A stretch of 64,000 bases of DNA from the human T2T-CHM13v2.0 reference genome, Homo sapiens, in NCBI RefSeq assembly GCF_009914755.1, contig NC_060929.1, one strand, 5' to 3'. Shown in pieces: positions 1 through 13,473 of this stretch. The first letter of the stretch is position 1; each line of letters begins with the position of its first letter. The notes beneath the pieces are model-generated. The model was not told where the DNA came from. It did no database searches and was given only the letters and a program-made list of their open reading frames with translations. Position numbers and translations under genes: made by a program.

Positions 1-16
1 GTATGTTTCCAGAGCC

Positions 17-148
17 AGTGGATTAAGTACCATGCAGAGAGTTTTTGAGAAATGCAGAATCTCAGGCCCCATATCAGACTTAATGCAGAATCCATGGTTT
101 AACAAGTACCCAAGTGATTCATATGTCCATTATATCTGAGAAGCTCTG
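17..148. mobile_element. MER5A1-like hAT-Charlie MITE
   Basis: gagaaatgcagaatctcaggcccc...aacaagtacccaagtgattcatatg...gagaagctctg resembles the MER5A1 consensus. Confidence 0.75.
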
Positions 149-237
149 TCTTCCATATAATCAGAAAGAGTTAAAAGAGAATTGAAAAAGAAAATATGTT
201 TCTCACTAGGTAACCCAGCATTACTTAATTCTAAATG

Positions 238-430
238 AGTGCTAATAGAACTTTTTGCAGTGACAGAAATGTTCTCTATCTGCTCTGAACAATAACCACA
301 TGTGGCTATTTATCACTTTAAAAGAGACTAATATAAATAAGAAACTAAACTTTAATTTTGTTCAATTTTTTTTAAAATTTATTTTTAATTAGTCAATGTA
401 GCCAATGGCTATTATGTTGGAGAGTATGAC
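238..430. mobile_element. MER3 hAT-Charlie element
   Basis: aatagaactttttgcagtgacagaaatgttctctatctg...ccacatgtggcta...gtagccaatggctattatgttgga. Confidence 0.8.
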
Positions 431-759
431 TCTATTAGATATGGGTAACAACAGCTAAACATTGGGGAACACTTGTATGCTGATTTAAAGATGTTGCATA
501 AATGGAAGAATGATAAGACGAAGAATTGAGCCCATGAAAACATTAGGAAAATAAGACTGCGCATTCAAATTATTATGTCATAAATTTTACAATTTACAAA
601 TGAGTTAAGACGCTAATGATAATATTTCAAAATAATAAATGGCCAAGGCTGCTACTTAGAGTTAAGAAAATGAAAACAACCATTAGGTGCTGCTCTCCTT
701 CATATCCCATTAAAATAATGATAAAAATAAATACAATTAAATAAATAAAAATTAAAATG

Positions 760-2800
760 AGACTTGGAAGAAACAATAACGACAACATTTTAAATTCTGG
801 GAAGCAGAAAAATAAGTGGTAATTAACAGTGTGCCCCAAATGTTGAATTCTACACAGCAATAGTAGGGAAATTGGAGAGTTACTAGAATTTGTGCTGCAG
901 ATGCTTTATGAGAAACAAGGTTGGTGATACTTAGCTCCCTGTGAAAATAGTGCTAAAGAAGAGATTGTAAGTACGTTTGAAAAACGTACGTAAGAAGCAT
1001 GCAAATAGATCCCAACAGTTCTTCTCTCAGTCTACTCAGCTAGGGGACTGTCTTCAACTCCCTTCCTGCCCTTACCCCTTATTGCCTACATATGCTTCAG
1101 AAGAAGGCTAAGGGTTCGTTATCTTAAAGGGGGAAAGGAGTGTCTTGGACACCAGCCTTAGCTGTCAGACAGGTCTCATCTTAATTCTGAAAACAGAATT
1201 AAGAGAAATTTACTTTCTAAAAGTTAAACCTGTACCGGTTTCCCCTATTTGGTGCCTAGAACTCCAACAGCCAGGTTTATATAACAGTGTCATAAAATAG
1301 AAGTCTTTTCTGGATAGTTGGATCAGCCGAGAGAAAAATAAAAACAAAACAAATAAAAACACAAATGAACAATAGAAGTCAAAAGATACAGTGAGAAAAT
1401 CTTCAAGAAGGTAAGGTAAGAACACAAATAGATGGAAAGTAGGAGCCAAAAGATAAGAAAACTCAAAGAAAAGTATCTGAATAGTAGTTCCAGAAAAGGA
1501 ACAGAAAATGAGACACAAAAAAAGCCATCAACGACATAATTCCCAATTTATTCCTTAGAAAAAAAGACATGGATTTCCAGATTAAACTGTCTTGTTAAGT
1601 GTCCTGCATGATGGATGAAAATAGACATGCAGCAATATTCAAGACTGATAATTTCCAACCATCAGGGATCTGCCTCTGTAGTCTCTTCTCTTTCTCTATT
1701 AGGCAATTATAACTACTGTCTGCATTGCTGATTTCCTGCCCTAAATTCTGCTAATAAACTTCATGTTACATTTTTCCCCGTGTAAAAATGTTTCACTGGT
1801 GGTGTTTGGGTTCTTTTTCATTGTATAACACAGGATCTCAAAAAGTTTACCTACCTTGCATCCTGTTGCAGGAAATAATTAGTGAGATATGCTCCACCAA
1901 AATGAGGAAGTGAATGCAGAAGAAAATCAGAAGTTATAGGAAAAAGGGGAGAGAACACAAGAGACATGTGGAAGGAATAATAACGGGATGATTATCAAAA
2001 TATCACCACTGGATTTTGGAATTCTTGACAGTAATCAAACCAGACTGAAGCTAGTTAGATAAGGCTAAGGAAGATTTCTTTAAGACTATAAAATTGGGCT
2101 GGCATAGTAGCTCATGATGTCTGTAATCCCAGCACTTTGAGAGGCTTGGATGAGAGGATCACTTGAGGCCAGGAGTTCAAGACCAGCCCGAGTAACATAG
2201 AGAGTCCCTGTCTCTACAAAATAAATAAATAAAAATAAAAAATTAGCCAAGCAAGGTGGCATGTGCCTGTAGTCCTAGCTACTTGGGAGGCTGAGACAAA
2301 AGGATTGCTTGAGCCCAAGAGTTCAGCCTGCAATGAGTTATGATTGCACCACTATACTCCAGCCTGAACCAAAGCATGACAGTGTCTCTAAAAACAAACA
2401 AACAAAAAACAGAAAGAAAGAAAAAGGAAAAGGAAAAGGAAAAACAGACTATAAAATTGAGAAAATAGCTAACATATTGAGATGTGGTTTATACCACTGC
2501 AGGGTGAAATTGCAGATGTATTAACACTAAGGACATAGAAAAGTCCCCCCAAATAACCATAAAGTTCAAAATTTATTAAACTGAGGGAAACCAAGGTGAT
2601 GTACAGGAAAGAAAATCACATGGCTCAGCTATAAAAGCATTTGCATAGCCATTGCAATGTGTACTTTGGATGTCAATCACAATTTGTCCTTTAGGGATAG
2701 ATGGTAAATAGAAAAAGGTATCAAAAATAGGTTTAAGTGGGTGCCGTAGAGCACAGGAAATGTGTGCGGTGAAGCAGGAAGAGAGCAGAGAGCTTTTATA
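760..2800 (+). mobile_element. HAL1 / very old L1 ORF1 remnant, interrupted by an AluJ
   Basis: A-rich strand; gacatggatttccagatt...atggatgaaaatagac and tctcaaaaagtttacct...atgctccaccaaaatgaggaagtg are HAL1-like blocks; ends approximate. Confidence 0.6.
2097..2445 (+). mobile_element. AluJ
   Basis: Dimeric Alu with J-type ggattgcttgagcccaagagttc; 14-bp TSD agactataaaattg at 2083-2096 and 2446-2459; tail decayed to AAAC/AAAG/AAAAGG repeats. Confidence 0.95.
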
Positions 2801-2975
2801 GGGGATGGCTTTGTTTTGTAGCCTTATCAACTGTTGGACTCAAAGTTGTGTTTTTAAAACTCAAACTATAAAACACAGAAATGACAAAACAAGATAAAAA
2901 CTAACTAAATTTTAAAATTACAAAGATTTGGGAGAATCCCTCCAATTGTGACGATACCTTAATTTTAGCACGAAC

Positions 2976-3075
2976 TTTTGATTGGATGCTTGCTAAGCAG
3001 ACTCTTGGGCACTGGAAATACAGCAGTGAGTAAAACAGGCAAAAATGACTGTCTTTGCAGTTTGTCTTTTCCTCA
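2976..3075 (-). mobile_element. L2 3' fragment
   Basis: gggcactggaaatacagcagtgagtaaaacaggcaaaaat is typical of the antisense L2 3' end. Confidence 0.6.
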
Positions 3076-3254
3076 GTGATACATTGGAAAATGTGAAAGC
3101 ACATCTGCCCTATAATTTTCTAACTCCAGGTTTTAGAACTTTTGCAACAGACTACAATTACCAGGCTCTGGCCACCTATTGAGTCCCTTACCCGATCACT
3201 CTCTCTCAGACTCCCAATTCCAGTCAAACAACTCTCCTTACAGTCTGTGTTTTT

Positions 3255-3600
3255 TGTTTTCCTGGACTAGAAAGTTCTCACAGATATCGCAATTGTCTCA
3301 TTCATTCTAGTTTTGAGTCAATTACCATCTCGGCAGAGAGACCTCATCAATTACTGTTTAAAGTATCTATTGTTGCTCTTTTTCCCTCTCCCCTTTCACT
3401 GCTTTATTTCTCCTTATTGCACTGAAAATACTGGATGTGATTTGCATTTATTTGAACATATGTTTATTGTCAGTATTTTTCTGACAGATGCTGACATACA
3501 ATAGCAATAACTTTCTTCTGTTTGTTTCTAAATTCATGGTGTCTAGAACAATGTCTGGTTAATAGTAAGTGCTCAATACTTATATTTAGAAGAAAAGAAG
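3255..3600 (+). mobile_element. L2 3' end
   Basis: tctagaacaatgtctggttaatagtaagtgctcaata resembles the L2 terminus. Confidence 0.7.
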
Positions 3601-4436
3601 GAAGAATATAAAGGAGAAAGACAATAGAAATAACAGATTAAAATAAATCCATAATATGTTACTATAAGTACATATTTATATTTATAAAGTTATTTTACTT
3701 CCTAACCATTAATTAATATCTAAATTATTTTTAAAGATGGATATTTTAGGTAGCTTTAGGTTTGACGGTGGTCAAGAATAGATTAGTTTCTTGAACTAGG
3801 ATATTTTCCAAATGTGAATACAATTACTTGAAGCAGACAGGTCAGGGGTTTTCATGACTTCAGTCATTTCTTTTAGGGTTCTGGACATATGTATTCATTG
3901 AGCAGACTTTTGTTTTTATAGCTTTAGTAAGAATGAAATTTGCAATGTTCTAGATCTGATATACTGAGATTTGACACATACTTTAGAATATAGCAACACC
4001 TTATTAGCTGCAGTATAGCAAATAGGTACTGAAAAGAAATATCTAGACAACTCCGAAATTCCTCTTGCCACATTACTCTTAAGGGAAGGAAAAGCTGTTA
4101 GGAGGTGCTGAATAATAATCACAGTTGAGTCACTTTCCGACACTGCTGTCTTGCATGATTTACTGAATATAATCCTTCAAATGATCTTTGCTTTCTTTTC
4201 AACTCCCAAAAGGAGATATTAATTTTTGTTGTAGTTGTTTTCTTTAAAAAAATCCAAATTTAGGCAACTTTATTGGAACTTTGGGACCTGTCACCGTTTG
4301 TGAGTCTGTAGATACATCCAGCCATGTTTTTCCACCCTGGATGCAACATTCCTGAGCTACAGTCAGTTTTCTGATACCCTGCCCTCTCCAGCTGCCTTCT
4401 GCCTTTACTCACAAATATGAAGTAAGAAATCAGTGT

Positions 4437-4582
4437 TTTTTTAGTTTATTTATTTATTTACATGTAGAGATGAAGTCTCTCTTTGTTGCCCAGGCTGGTC
4501 TTGAGCTCCTGGCCTCAGAATATCCTCCCTCCTCAGCCTTCCAAAGTGCTGGGATTACAGGCCTGAGCCACTGCGCCCAGGC
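4437..4582 (-). mobile_element. FLAM_C-like Alu monomer
   Basis: Single left-arm monomer: T-rich tail, gtagagatg...gcccaggctggtcttgagctcctggcctca...caaagtgctgggattacagg. Confidence 0.9.
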
Positions 4583-5449
4583 AATAGTTTTGTCTTGGTA
4601 GAGCCCAGCTCCTGTGAAAAGCAGCAGCGACTGCGCTAAACCGGCTGTTACAAAAGACAGCCTCAGTCTTAATAGAAATACAAGCTACTGCAATACTGTT
4701 ATGTGCCGGGGAGACTGCTCATATAAACTCCAGCAACATCCCCGCATGCGTTAGAAAACCTGGGGTGCTACAGGTCTGCAATGCTGCTGCCAATTAGAAC
4801 ATCGTAACGGGAAAGAGGGGTTTAAAAAATACGCCCAAATAGGGAAGAGTTAAACTGAGAAGCTTTCTGCCAAAGACCTCCTGTGTGTGTACGGGGAGTG
4901 GGCACCAGCACAAAGCCAGCGACCCAGTTGGGAAAGGAAAGGAGAATGGGGGATAATTTTCTCACTAACCTTAAGAGCAGTGGGTAGGATTTAAGTGGGG
5001 ACTATCTGTGAAACTGCAAAGCAAGCACATAAAATACAATTTGCTCCTATGTTGGCAAAGGGAGGGCCTTGCAGGTGGGCACAGGGATAATCTGTATCAT
5101 GCCATGGAAGCCCGATGGAAACAGTTTTAGAAAAGCATATGATTGCCACAACCAATTTGAAGTTGAAAGTAAAATATGATTAGTCTGTGTCTGGGAGTTC
5201 CTGTCCCAGCTCTACCCCGGGAGCTAAGCAAAGAATACCCAGTTGCTTGCATCCTTACCAAAATCCTAGAGCCAGCCCTAGGGCAGGATATTGGTAGAAA
5301 TAGGATTCAGGATAAAACTTCTGCTGCTCTACCTGGCTTGGAATTTCATTTTTACATTTTAGTAGCAGATTCCAGTGTCTCTCCCTTAAATAAAATGAAA
5401 GATTATCTGCCCAGACTTGGTCTACCCCGATACACTGAATACGCAGAAT

Positions 5450-5605
5450 GATGTCACCTCCTCACTGTACCTCAATTTTCTGTTTTAAAATGGACATAAT
5501 AATTGGGATGTTCTGATATTTGAGGGAGTTTATACATGCCTTCAGCTCAGAAGAATGCCCAGTACATTGCAACTGATCCAGCTATGTGAAAGCTGTAACT
5601 ATTAC
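5450..5605 (+). mobile_element. MIR fragment
   Basis: ctcactgtacctcaattttctgttttaaaatggacataataat resembles the MIR core. Confidence 0.5.
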
Positions 5606-5899
5606 CTATCCCATACCCTGACCTGTTGAGAAAATGGACAATTTCTTTGTGCCGCTCTGATGGTGGCCTTTATGGTATTTAGGTTGAGGAAAGGTAGTGA
5701 TAAAAGTCTGCAAAGCTAAGAGGCTTCTCAGTTATTTTACTGAATAAAGAGGTAGTTTGTTAACAGTAGAATTATAGCTGGGACAATAGGGAAAGAGAAG
5801 AATGATTAGTGTGGCTGCCAGAGCAATTGGGAATTTGGAGAGAAACTGAGTTTAAAGGGAATTCTTAGGAAGTTCTGTGACAGCAATTGTAACTGCAAT

Positions 5900-6340
5900 C
5901 GTCAGGACAATGTTATGTAACAAATACATCCAAACTCGTTTTAAAAACTAGAATAGGCAATTATTCTCATGCTCTGGGTCCTGCTGACTTAAACTGGGCT
6001 CTTCTGCGGAGCTATGTTTCAATCTGTGAGTCCAGCTGTGCTTGGCTGCCCTGCATGGGTTGGGCCAAGATCTCATCCATTTGTCTTCATTCTGGGGTTG
6101 ATGTTGATAATAAATATCTTTATTTTCTCCAGAAGCTCTCTCCAAGGCCTTTACAGACATAAAAAGAAAAATGCACTGAACACACATATTTCAAGCCTGT
6201 TTGGGTCATATCTCTTAATATCTCATTGACCAAAGCAAGTCACATCATCAAACCCCACATCAGAAAGCAGAGAGGCACTTCTGGGTGCAGCAGGAGAAGT
6301 TGCAATGTCACATACAAAAGGGCACAAAAGTGGGAAGGCG
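5900..6340 (-). mobile_element. MLT1 (G/H-like) MaLR LTR
   Basis: tcattgaccaaagcaagtcacat...ttgcaatgtcacatacaaaagggca are MLT1 hallmark blocks. Confidence 0.6.
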
Positions 6341-7789
6341 TGCTCATCTTCAATACAGTGTCACTCTGCCCTCTCCTCTGTCACTGACAATTCCCCAGAA
6401 AAGGCAATTATTGTTCTTCAGACTTTTGGAATCAGATTTTGGTGTTGGCTGGTTGTTTGCTCACTTAATGTGAATGCTTGTGAGATCTTCCCCAACTTGA
6501 TAGCAGGGTACGCATGAGAGTGTAAAAAAAAAATTATTTATTTGGATTTCCCCAGGATTTCTCTCTGATTTAATGGTATTCTGGAGCTCAGTATTTGAGA
6601 ATTATCTTTTTTTCCTTGGCTTCTGTCTGTTTTTTGAATTCTATTCTTATAACAAATAAACCAAACAAAAACATTAAAGAAAAGTTCCTCTTCCATTGTT
6701 TAATAATTTAGACTGCACCTGTCTGCACATCCCACAGCCCAAGCTTCTAGAGAAGCCTTTATGCCATGATTCCAATGTCTTCTGTTCCTGTGTTCATCTA
6801 CCAAATCTGGGAGTTGTGGCACCTCCAGTAATGATTATTAACAACATTGAAGCCTTCATTAATACCTCTGTGACTGTATCATAATTATGCTTGTTTTTTA
6901 CCCCTTTTGTTTTAATGCCCCATAGGACATGCACTAGGCCAGGGGCTACCTCAAACCCTTGCCAGCAGCCTCTGCTGAGATGCATGAAGGTAAATCTGAA
7001 CTATCTCCAAGAAAACAGAAAATGATAATTTTATGAACTTTTTATTTGGCACAAAATTTTGCATTGTTCATTAGTGAGAAATGTAACGAGTTGTCACATA
7101 TTACAATTAGGATTAAAAAAATGAATAGGCAGGTACAATAAAGTACTGGTTCTCACAACTCCGAATTTCTCAAACCAACTACATTTCACCTTCTACATAA
7201 CAGTGATGATAACAGAAATACTAATAAAATTTGGGGCCGGTAATATGCATTTCAATACTCTATTTTCAGAAATAAGGACAATTAATGATGCAAAATAAAC
7301 ATCATAAAAATCTACCACAATTTTAGGTTCGCCTCCTTAGAGAGACATGTGTAAACCCAAAAACTGGCAAGAGATAATTTCAGAATGAAGGACAATTTAA
7401 CTATATGAAAAAAAGACATGGCTTTGTCCTGATATTTTTGCATTTTGTCACTCATTGATTATAACATCATCATAGACTGAAACCTACAAACCAATATCTT
7501 AAATATCTGTACCTGTAACCCATCCATTTCAAGAGCTAGTTGACTGGCATGGAATTCCAAATGCTATGGAGGTCATATTGAAATTTCCTTTGGTCACGGA
7601 GAGAAAATAGCTGTTTTTGACACAGAACTAGAGGGTTCCAGTTGAGAAACATCTATGCTTCTCAACTATTCTACTATCTACAGGAGTTTGCTTAGCAGTC
7701 ATTCCCCATTTAGCACTCAGGCCACCACTTATCTAAATGAGTTGCCATGTGGAAAATGTGTATGTATTTGCAAACAGAGCATCCCACAT

Positions 7790-8359
7790 GCATTATTCAG
7801 AAATCTTCTGGCTACAAGTGATAGAAAATCAACTCAAATTGCCTTAAGGGGAAAAGGGACTTTATTGACTCACATAACAAAAAAGTCAGCAACAGCCTGG
7901 CATCAAGAACATCAAATTCAGAGGCTCCAAGGATGTCATCGGGACCCATGCTTTTGATCTCAGAGCTCTGTTTTCATGTGTGGTGCCTCATTTCTTAGAC
8001 AGTGACGCCGCACCTGCCAGAAAATTCAGTTTTACATGTTTTCTCCCAGCCACTGTAAAAGAAAGAAACTGTCCCTTTCTTGCAAGATCGTGCAAATGTA
8101 TGTCCTATAATTGGAACTCATTGACCAGAAATGGTTTGGCATGGGTCTCATGGCGTCCCTGAATTTGCAGTGGGTTGGCCAAATCTGCTTTACCTGAGGA
8201 GCTGATGCTACTGTGACCTACAGCAAAAGAAGTGGGAACATGTGAAGGAGAGGTATTTTCCAAGAGAAAGGTAGGATTTATCTTTTTTTTTTTTTTAATC
8301 AAAAGAATCAGTAGAGAATGCTGGGATGCTGGGCAGGCCAAAACACAGATTCCACCACA
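7790..8359 (-). mobile_element. MLT1J/K-like MaLR LTR
   Basis: ggctacaagtgatagaaaatcaactcaaattgccttaag...tttattgactcacataac; ends ggatgctgggcaggccaaaacacagattccaccaca. Confidence 0.65.
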
Positions 8360-10236
8360 CCAAGAAACCTCATTCCATAAACCACTCACTAAGGTTTATC
8401 TACAACAAAAGCCATCCCCTCTTCTGTGCTAGGAAGAAGCCATTAATAGTCCTCAAGTGTTTGCTCTTCCAGAGGACTCAATAACTCAGATCCCAGAGCG
8501 TAAGGGAGCTACAGGACTCAACAATACAAATCCAATTAGCAATTTCTGTCTCTGGAATAAAAATGCTCTCTAGTGATGTTTTTAAAGGCCTTAGCCTTGT
8601 TAAGTGAAACTGCCTAATAATAAGCCTTGTAGTGTTTCAAAGAAATTATTTTGCAAAGTTAATTTACAAGAAATAAAAATAACATATGGTCTGTCTTCCC
8701 CAATGAAAGCATTAAATGTACTTTCTTAAAAAGTCCCCAGACAGAGATAGTGGCTGTTTCTCTTCATTGATGGCCATTACGTTATTTATCTAAGCTTAAC
8801 AAGTTCTTAGAGAAACACTGAGCTTCTCATTAAAGTCATAAACTAAATTGTGGTATATAGAAGTAACAAATCCCAATACAGCCTATAAAAATAAAATCAT
8901 TCTCAGACTATAAATTAGAAGTCAGACTCATTACTTATTTTTAAGAATTTACTAGAATTCTTACCATTATTGATCATTTTTACTTTTATTTTTTATTATT
9001 GATGGCTTTTACTCAAGGTTTAGTTAGAGGACTAAAAAGTGAAGGGCTATTATATGAAATAATACTACAATATTATTGATAATGGTTTTTATTTACTATT
9101 ATGAAGAAGATACTATACATGAAGTATATTTTATGAGATGTAGATGGATAATTAAACATGATTAAAGTCATATATAGCTTATATTCTCTGTGAGTTTCCT
9201 TATAAGAATTCATAAAATATTATTGAAATATATGAACTAAGGATGCACGACATTTTAACCTTGACATAGTTTATTATAAACATGCAGTTATAATTGTATT
9301 TCTTGAGGAATACATGTATGTGTTTGTGCTTTAGTTTTCACAGCTTGAAAAATGGGAGTCAAATTATTTTTATATAAAATGCTGTTTAATTCATCAAAAG
9401 TTAATTCTCATGTGTAGTACATTCAAATTTTATTTTTAAGCTTAATTCAACTTTAATTTTTTTTGTTTTCCCATTAAAAAGTTTATAACATTTGTGATTG
9501 TATTAGATTTGTTTGGAATGTGATGGTTATATTATGTAAGTTGAACAACTTTAAGTATTCCAATTTCAAAATCATGACAAACTATTGCCTGAGGAAACTT
9601 GGAAGCTTATAAAGAGAAACAAGTTAGGACAGTCTTTTTGGTTTGTTTGTGTGTTTTACAGTTCTCACTGTAAAAATCAGAAGAGAAAAAGAGAGAAAGA
9701 CTATTTCTAATAGTTTTTAAAATTAGTTTCTAGATGTTCTAAGAGAAAATTAAGAAACAAACTATGTGATTTTGGGATGGCCAGTTTTGACACTTTTGAT
9801 CTTAGTAAATAGCAGGTAAAATGAATATGATATTTAAAACCAGAAACATAGTGTGCTTTCTGAATGAAAACAAAATGAGAAACAGAATGGAAATGGACTG
9901 GAAAATTGTTAAGCAACTTTTTTTTTTTTTCCAAGGGACTTACATAACTCTTAATCTTACCCATCGCCTTTACATTCAGTCAGGTCACTTCAAAAAGTCC
10001 TTACATAATGAGACTTTAAATGGAACTCCTGCTTTCTTGGGAGAGAAAGACTGAAGTCTAAAGCTGAGAATAAAAGATATCAAACTCCTTACACTTAGAA
10101 AGGCTGTCAGCCACTAAGGAGAGGTTTGCCCAAGGGTGATCCAAAACCAGTCTGCCACACATGAGACAGTAGCCACTCCAGATTATCTGAAGAAAAAATA
10201 TTCTTGGGCATGTCAATAGGAAGAATGCCTTGAAGG

Positions 10237-10330
10237 CAGCAGTTGTTAACTTTGACTAGACAGTAGAATCATTCAAGATGCCCGGTCCACACCCTAAACA
10301 TGACATCCCAATTCTGGGCATGGGGCACAG
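10237..10330. mobile_element. MER5B fragment carrying one terminal inverted repeat; left arm of the 84-bp inverted duplication
   Basis: Starts cagcagttgttaac (about CAGTGGTTCTCAAC, the TIR); 10247-10330 is the reverse complement of 14911-14994 with 2 mismatches. Confidence 0.8.
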
Positions 10331-10913
<583 letters not shown>

Positions 10914-11265
10914 TATTTAAGCCATTACAATAATCATCACAATTTTTTTTAATTAAATACTTTTACATTTACATTTCTTTCTTGTGATCATTTTGGGATT
11001 TTAGGAAATTTTGGAGAAATGATATACGTGTATCTTCTGGGAAAGAAAAAGAGAGTTCACATAATATGTAAAAGTAAACAAGTTTCTGTCCGGGTGCTTA
11101 ATTCACAAATTTTCCTTCAGTAACTTCATATGTTTTGTGCAGAATCAAAATCCTACTTTCATTAGCATAGCTTATTTTATAAATTAATTTATTTTTAACA
11201 TTAATCACACATATATAAAATATTATACATATATTAATCAGAAGACTAGAGACATTATTTCATAT

Positions 11266-11590
11266 GTTGTGGGGTTTTGTTGTTGTTGTTGTGTTTTGCT
11301 CTGAGACAGGGTCTTGCTGTCAACCACGCTGGAGTGCAGTGAAATGATCACAGCTTATGGCAGCCCTGACCTCCTGAGCACAAGCGAGCCTCCCACCTCA
11401 GCCTCCCAAGTAGTCCCTGTAGTGGGACTACAGGTATGCACCACCATACCCAGCTAATATTTTCATTTTTGGAGAGATAGGAGTCTCACTGTGTTTCCCA
11501 GACTGGTCTCAAACTCCTGGGCCCAAGTGACCTTCCTGCCTCAGCCTCCCAAAATGCTGGGTTTACAGGTGTGACACACCACACCCAGCC
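11266..11590 (-). mobile_element. AluJ
   Basis: Antisense dimer with J-type features (acagggtcttgct, cctcccacctcagcc); (TTG)n tail. Confidence 0.95.
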
Positions 11591-12006
11591 CTGTTTCATA
11601 CTTTGAAAGTATAGATTCTCAGTGTTTCATATTGGTCCTTTTGATGCCAGAAAGGACTACAAACTCTGTCAAACAGAGTAAGTCCTCAACATACACTAAG
11701 GCATTATTGCTTTCATTTTCAGTCTCCTAAGATGGCATAGACACTATCAATACTTTATAAGAAATCCACACTGAAAGGGGCTTTTGACGTGAAAAACCTG
11801 AGACGGAATGACTGAATCCTTTTGCTTTTCTCTTCAATGGAATATTTGCTATTCATCTTCTACATGCAAAGCACTGTGAGAGGATATTAAATAGTTTATA
11901 TCCAATAAGGGTGAAAGTCAAGAGAGTGACAAAATTTAGGCAGGAATAATAGATGATTTAACTGAGGAGCAGGCAACAATTTTCAGGAACACAGAGAAGA
12001 ACTGAT

Positions 12007-12469
12007 TGTATCAAACATGGTTTTTACAGAAATATATCTACAAGTCATATGTATCCTGTATTTTATACACATATATACACACATACATACAGTGTATATA
12101 TACATATATACATACCCATACAAAGAGAGAGAGATGGGAGAGAGATTTTATTGAATTGGCTCATGTGATTATGACACTGGCAAGTCTGAAATCTATAGGG
12201 TAAGCCAGGAGGCTGAAAACTCAGGCAGGAGTTGATTCTGCAGTTTTCAGGCCAATTTTCTTTCTTGTCAGGAAACCTCTATTTTTGCCCTTATAACTTG
12301 AACTGATTGGATAAAGCCACCCACATTATTGAAGAAAATCTCCTTTACTTAAAGTCAACTGATAATGGATGTTAACTATATCTGTAAAATATCTTCACAG
12401 TAACACCTCAATTAGTGTTTAAATAACTAGGTAACTTAGCAAAGTTCTGACATGAAATTAATCATCACA
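12007..12469 (-). mobile_element. MLT2 (C/D-like) ERVL LTR
   Basis: gaattggctcatgtgattatg...ctggcaagtctgaaatct...actgattggat...ctttacttaaagtcaactgat...aattaatcatcaca. Confidence 0.8.
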
Positions 12470-13428
12470 TGAAATGCCAAGTTGGATGTGTGGTTGAAAT
12501 GAGTATTTGTTTAAAAAGTATGATATATTTGAACTATATGATTAGTTCGACAAAGACTGACAAATGCAGACAGAATGTGAGAGATGAGGCAAGACAGATT
12601 GTGCCTTGCTGGGCTAGGATTAGCCAGTGTAGAGAGAATGAACCAAGGCAGAAACCTAGAAACGAAGGTTAATTCAGCCTGGGAAGGACCTGAAAAGTTA
12701 TTGTTTTTCCTAAAAGCAACCAGTAGTCCTGAGAGATTTTCAGCAAAAAGTAACATAATTAGAATCTGTCTTCTGAAAGTATAATTCCGATCTTAGTATT
12801 TTATAGCACAGGTTGAACAACAGGCTAGACATTAGTAGGGGCTGGCATCAAAGGTTATATTTACATTAAAATTGAGAAATTATATGTAGCAGAATAACAA
12901 CTAATGGTTTTTTAGTAGTATGTAGAGAAGAAGGAAAGCATGAGAAAACAAACAAAAAAATTCAGGAAGCGAACTGCAAGGTTTGACCCATTAGATAAGA
13001 AGGAAGGTAAAGATAAATATAAGAATTTAAAAAGGAACACAATGACCTAACTATGGGGCAAGTTAATAATAGGAATAAGTGTAAGGCACTTGGAGATCAC
13101 ATTAGTACATTCATTTCTGATAAGATTGGTACTGGAGAGTGTAGATTATACATGCAGATAGTAAGGGTTTTGAGTTTGAAATGCCAGATTTAGACAGCTT
13201 TTCCATCAGCAGTGATAGACTGGGTCACAAACCCTGCTGTTATTTCTCCTCCCCAGAATACCAAGCCTACCAACCAGTGGAGGGGCACACCCCTTACTTG
13301 GGATGGGGAAAATGAGTAATTGTGTAGGGTATGGAGGGAGGTCATGCTCAAGAAAACAGCAGGAGGAAGAAAGACAAGTTACGCTCCATCCGCTAAGCCT
13401 TGGGTACACCAGTTTCTGATCATTTGTG

Positions 13429-13429
<1 letters not shown>

Positions 13430-13472
<43 letters not shown>
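13430..13472. repeat. (TG)~21 microsatellite
   Basis: Uninterrupted TG run. Confidence 0.98.
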
Positions 13473-13473
<1 letters not shown>

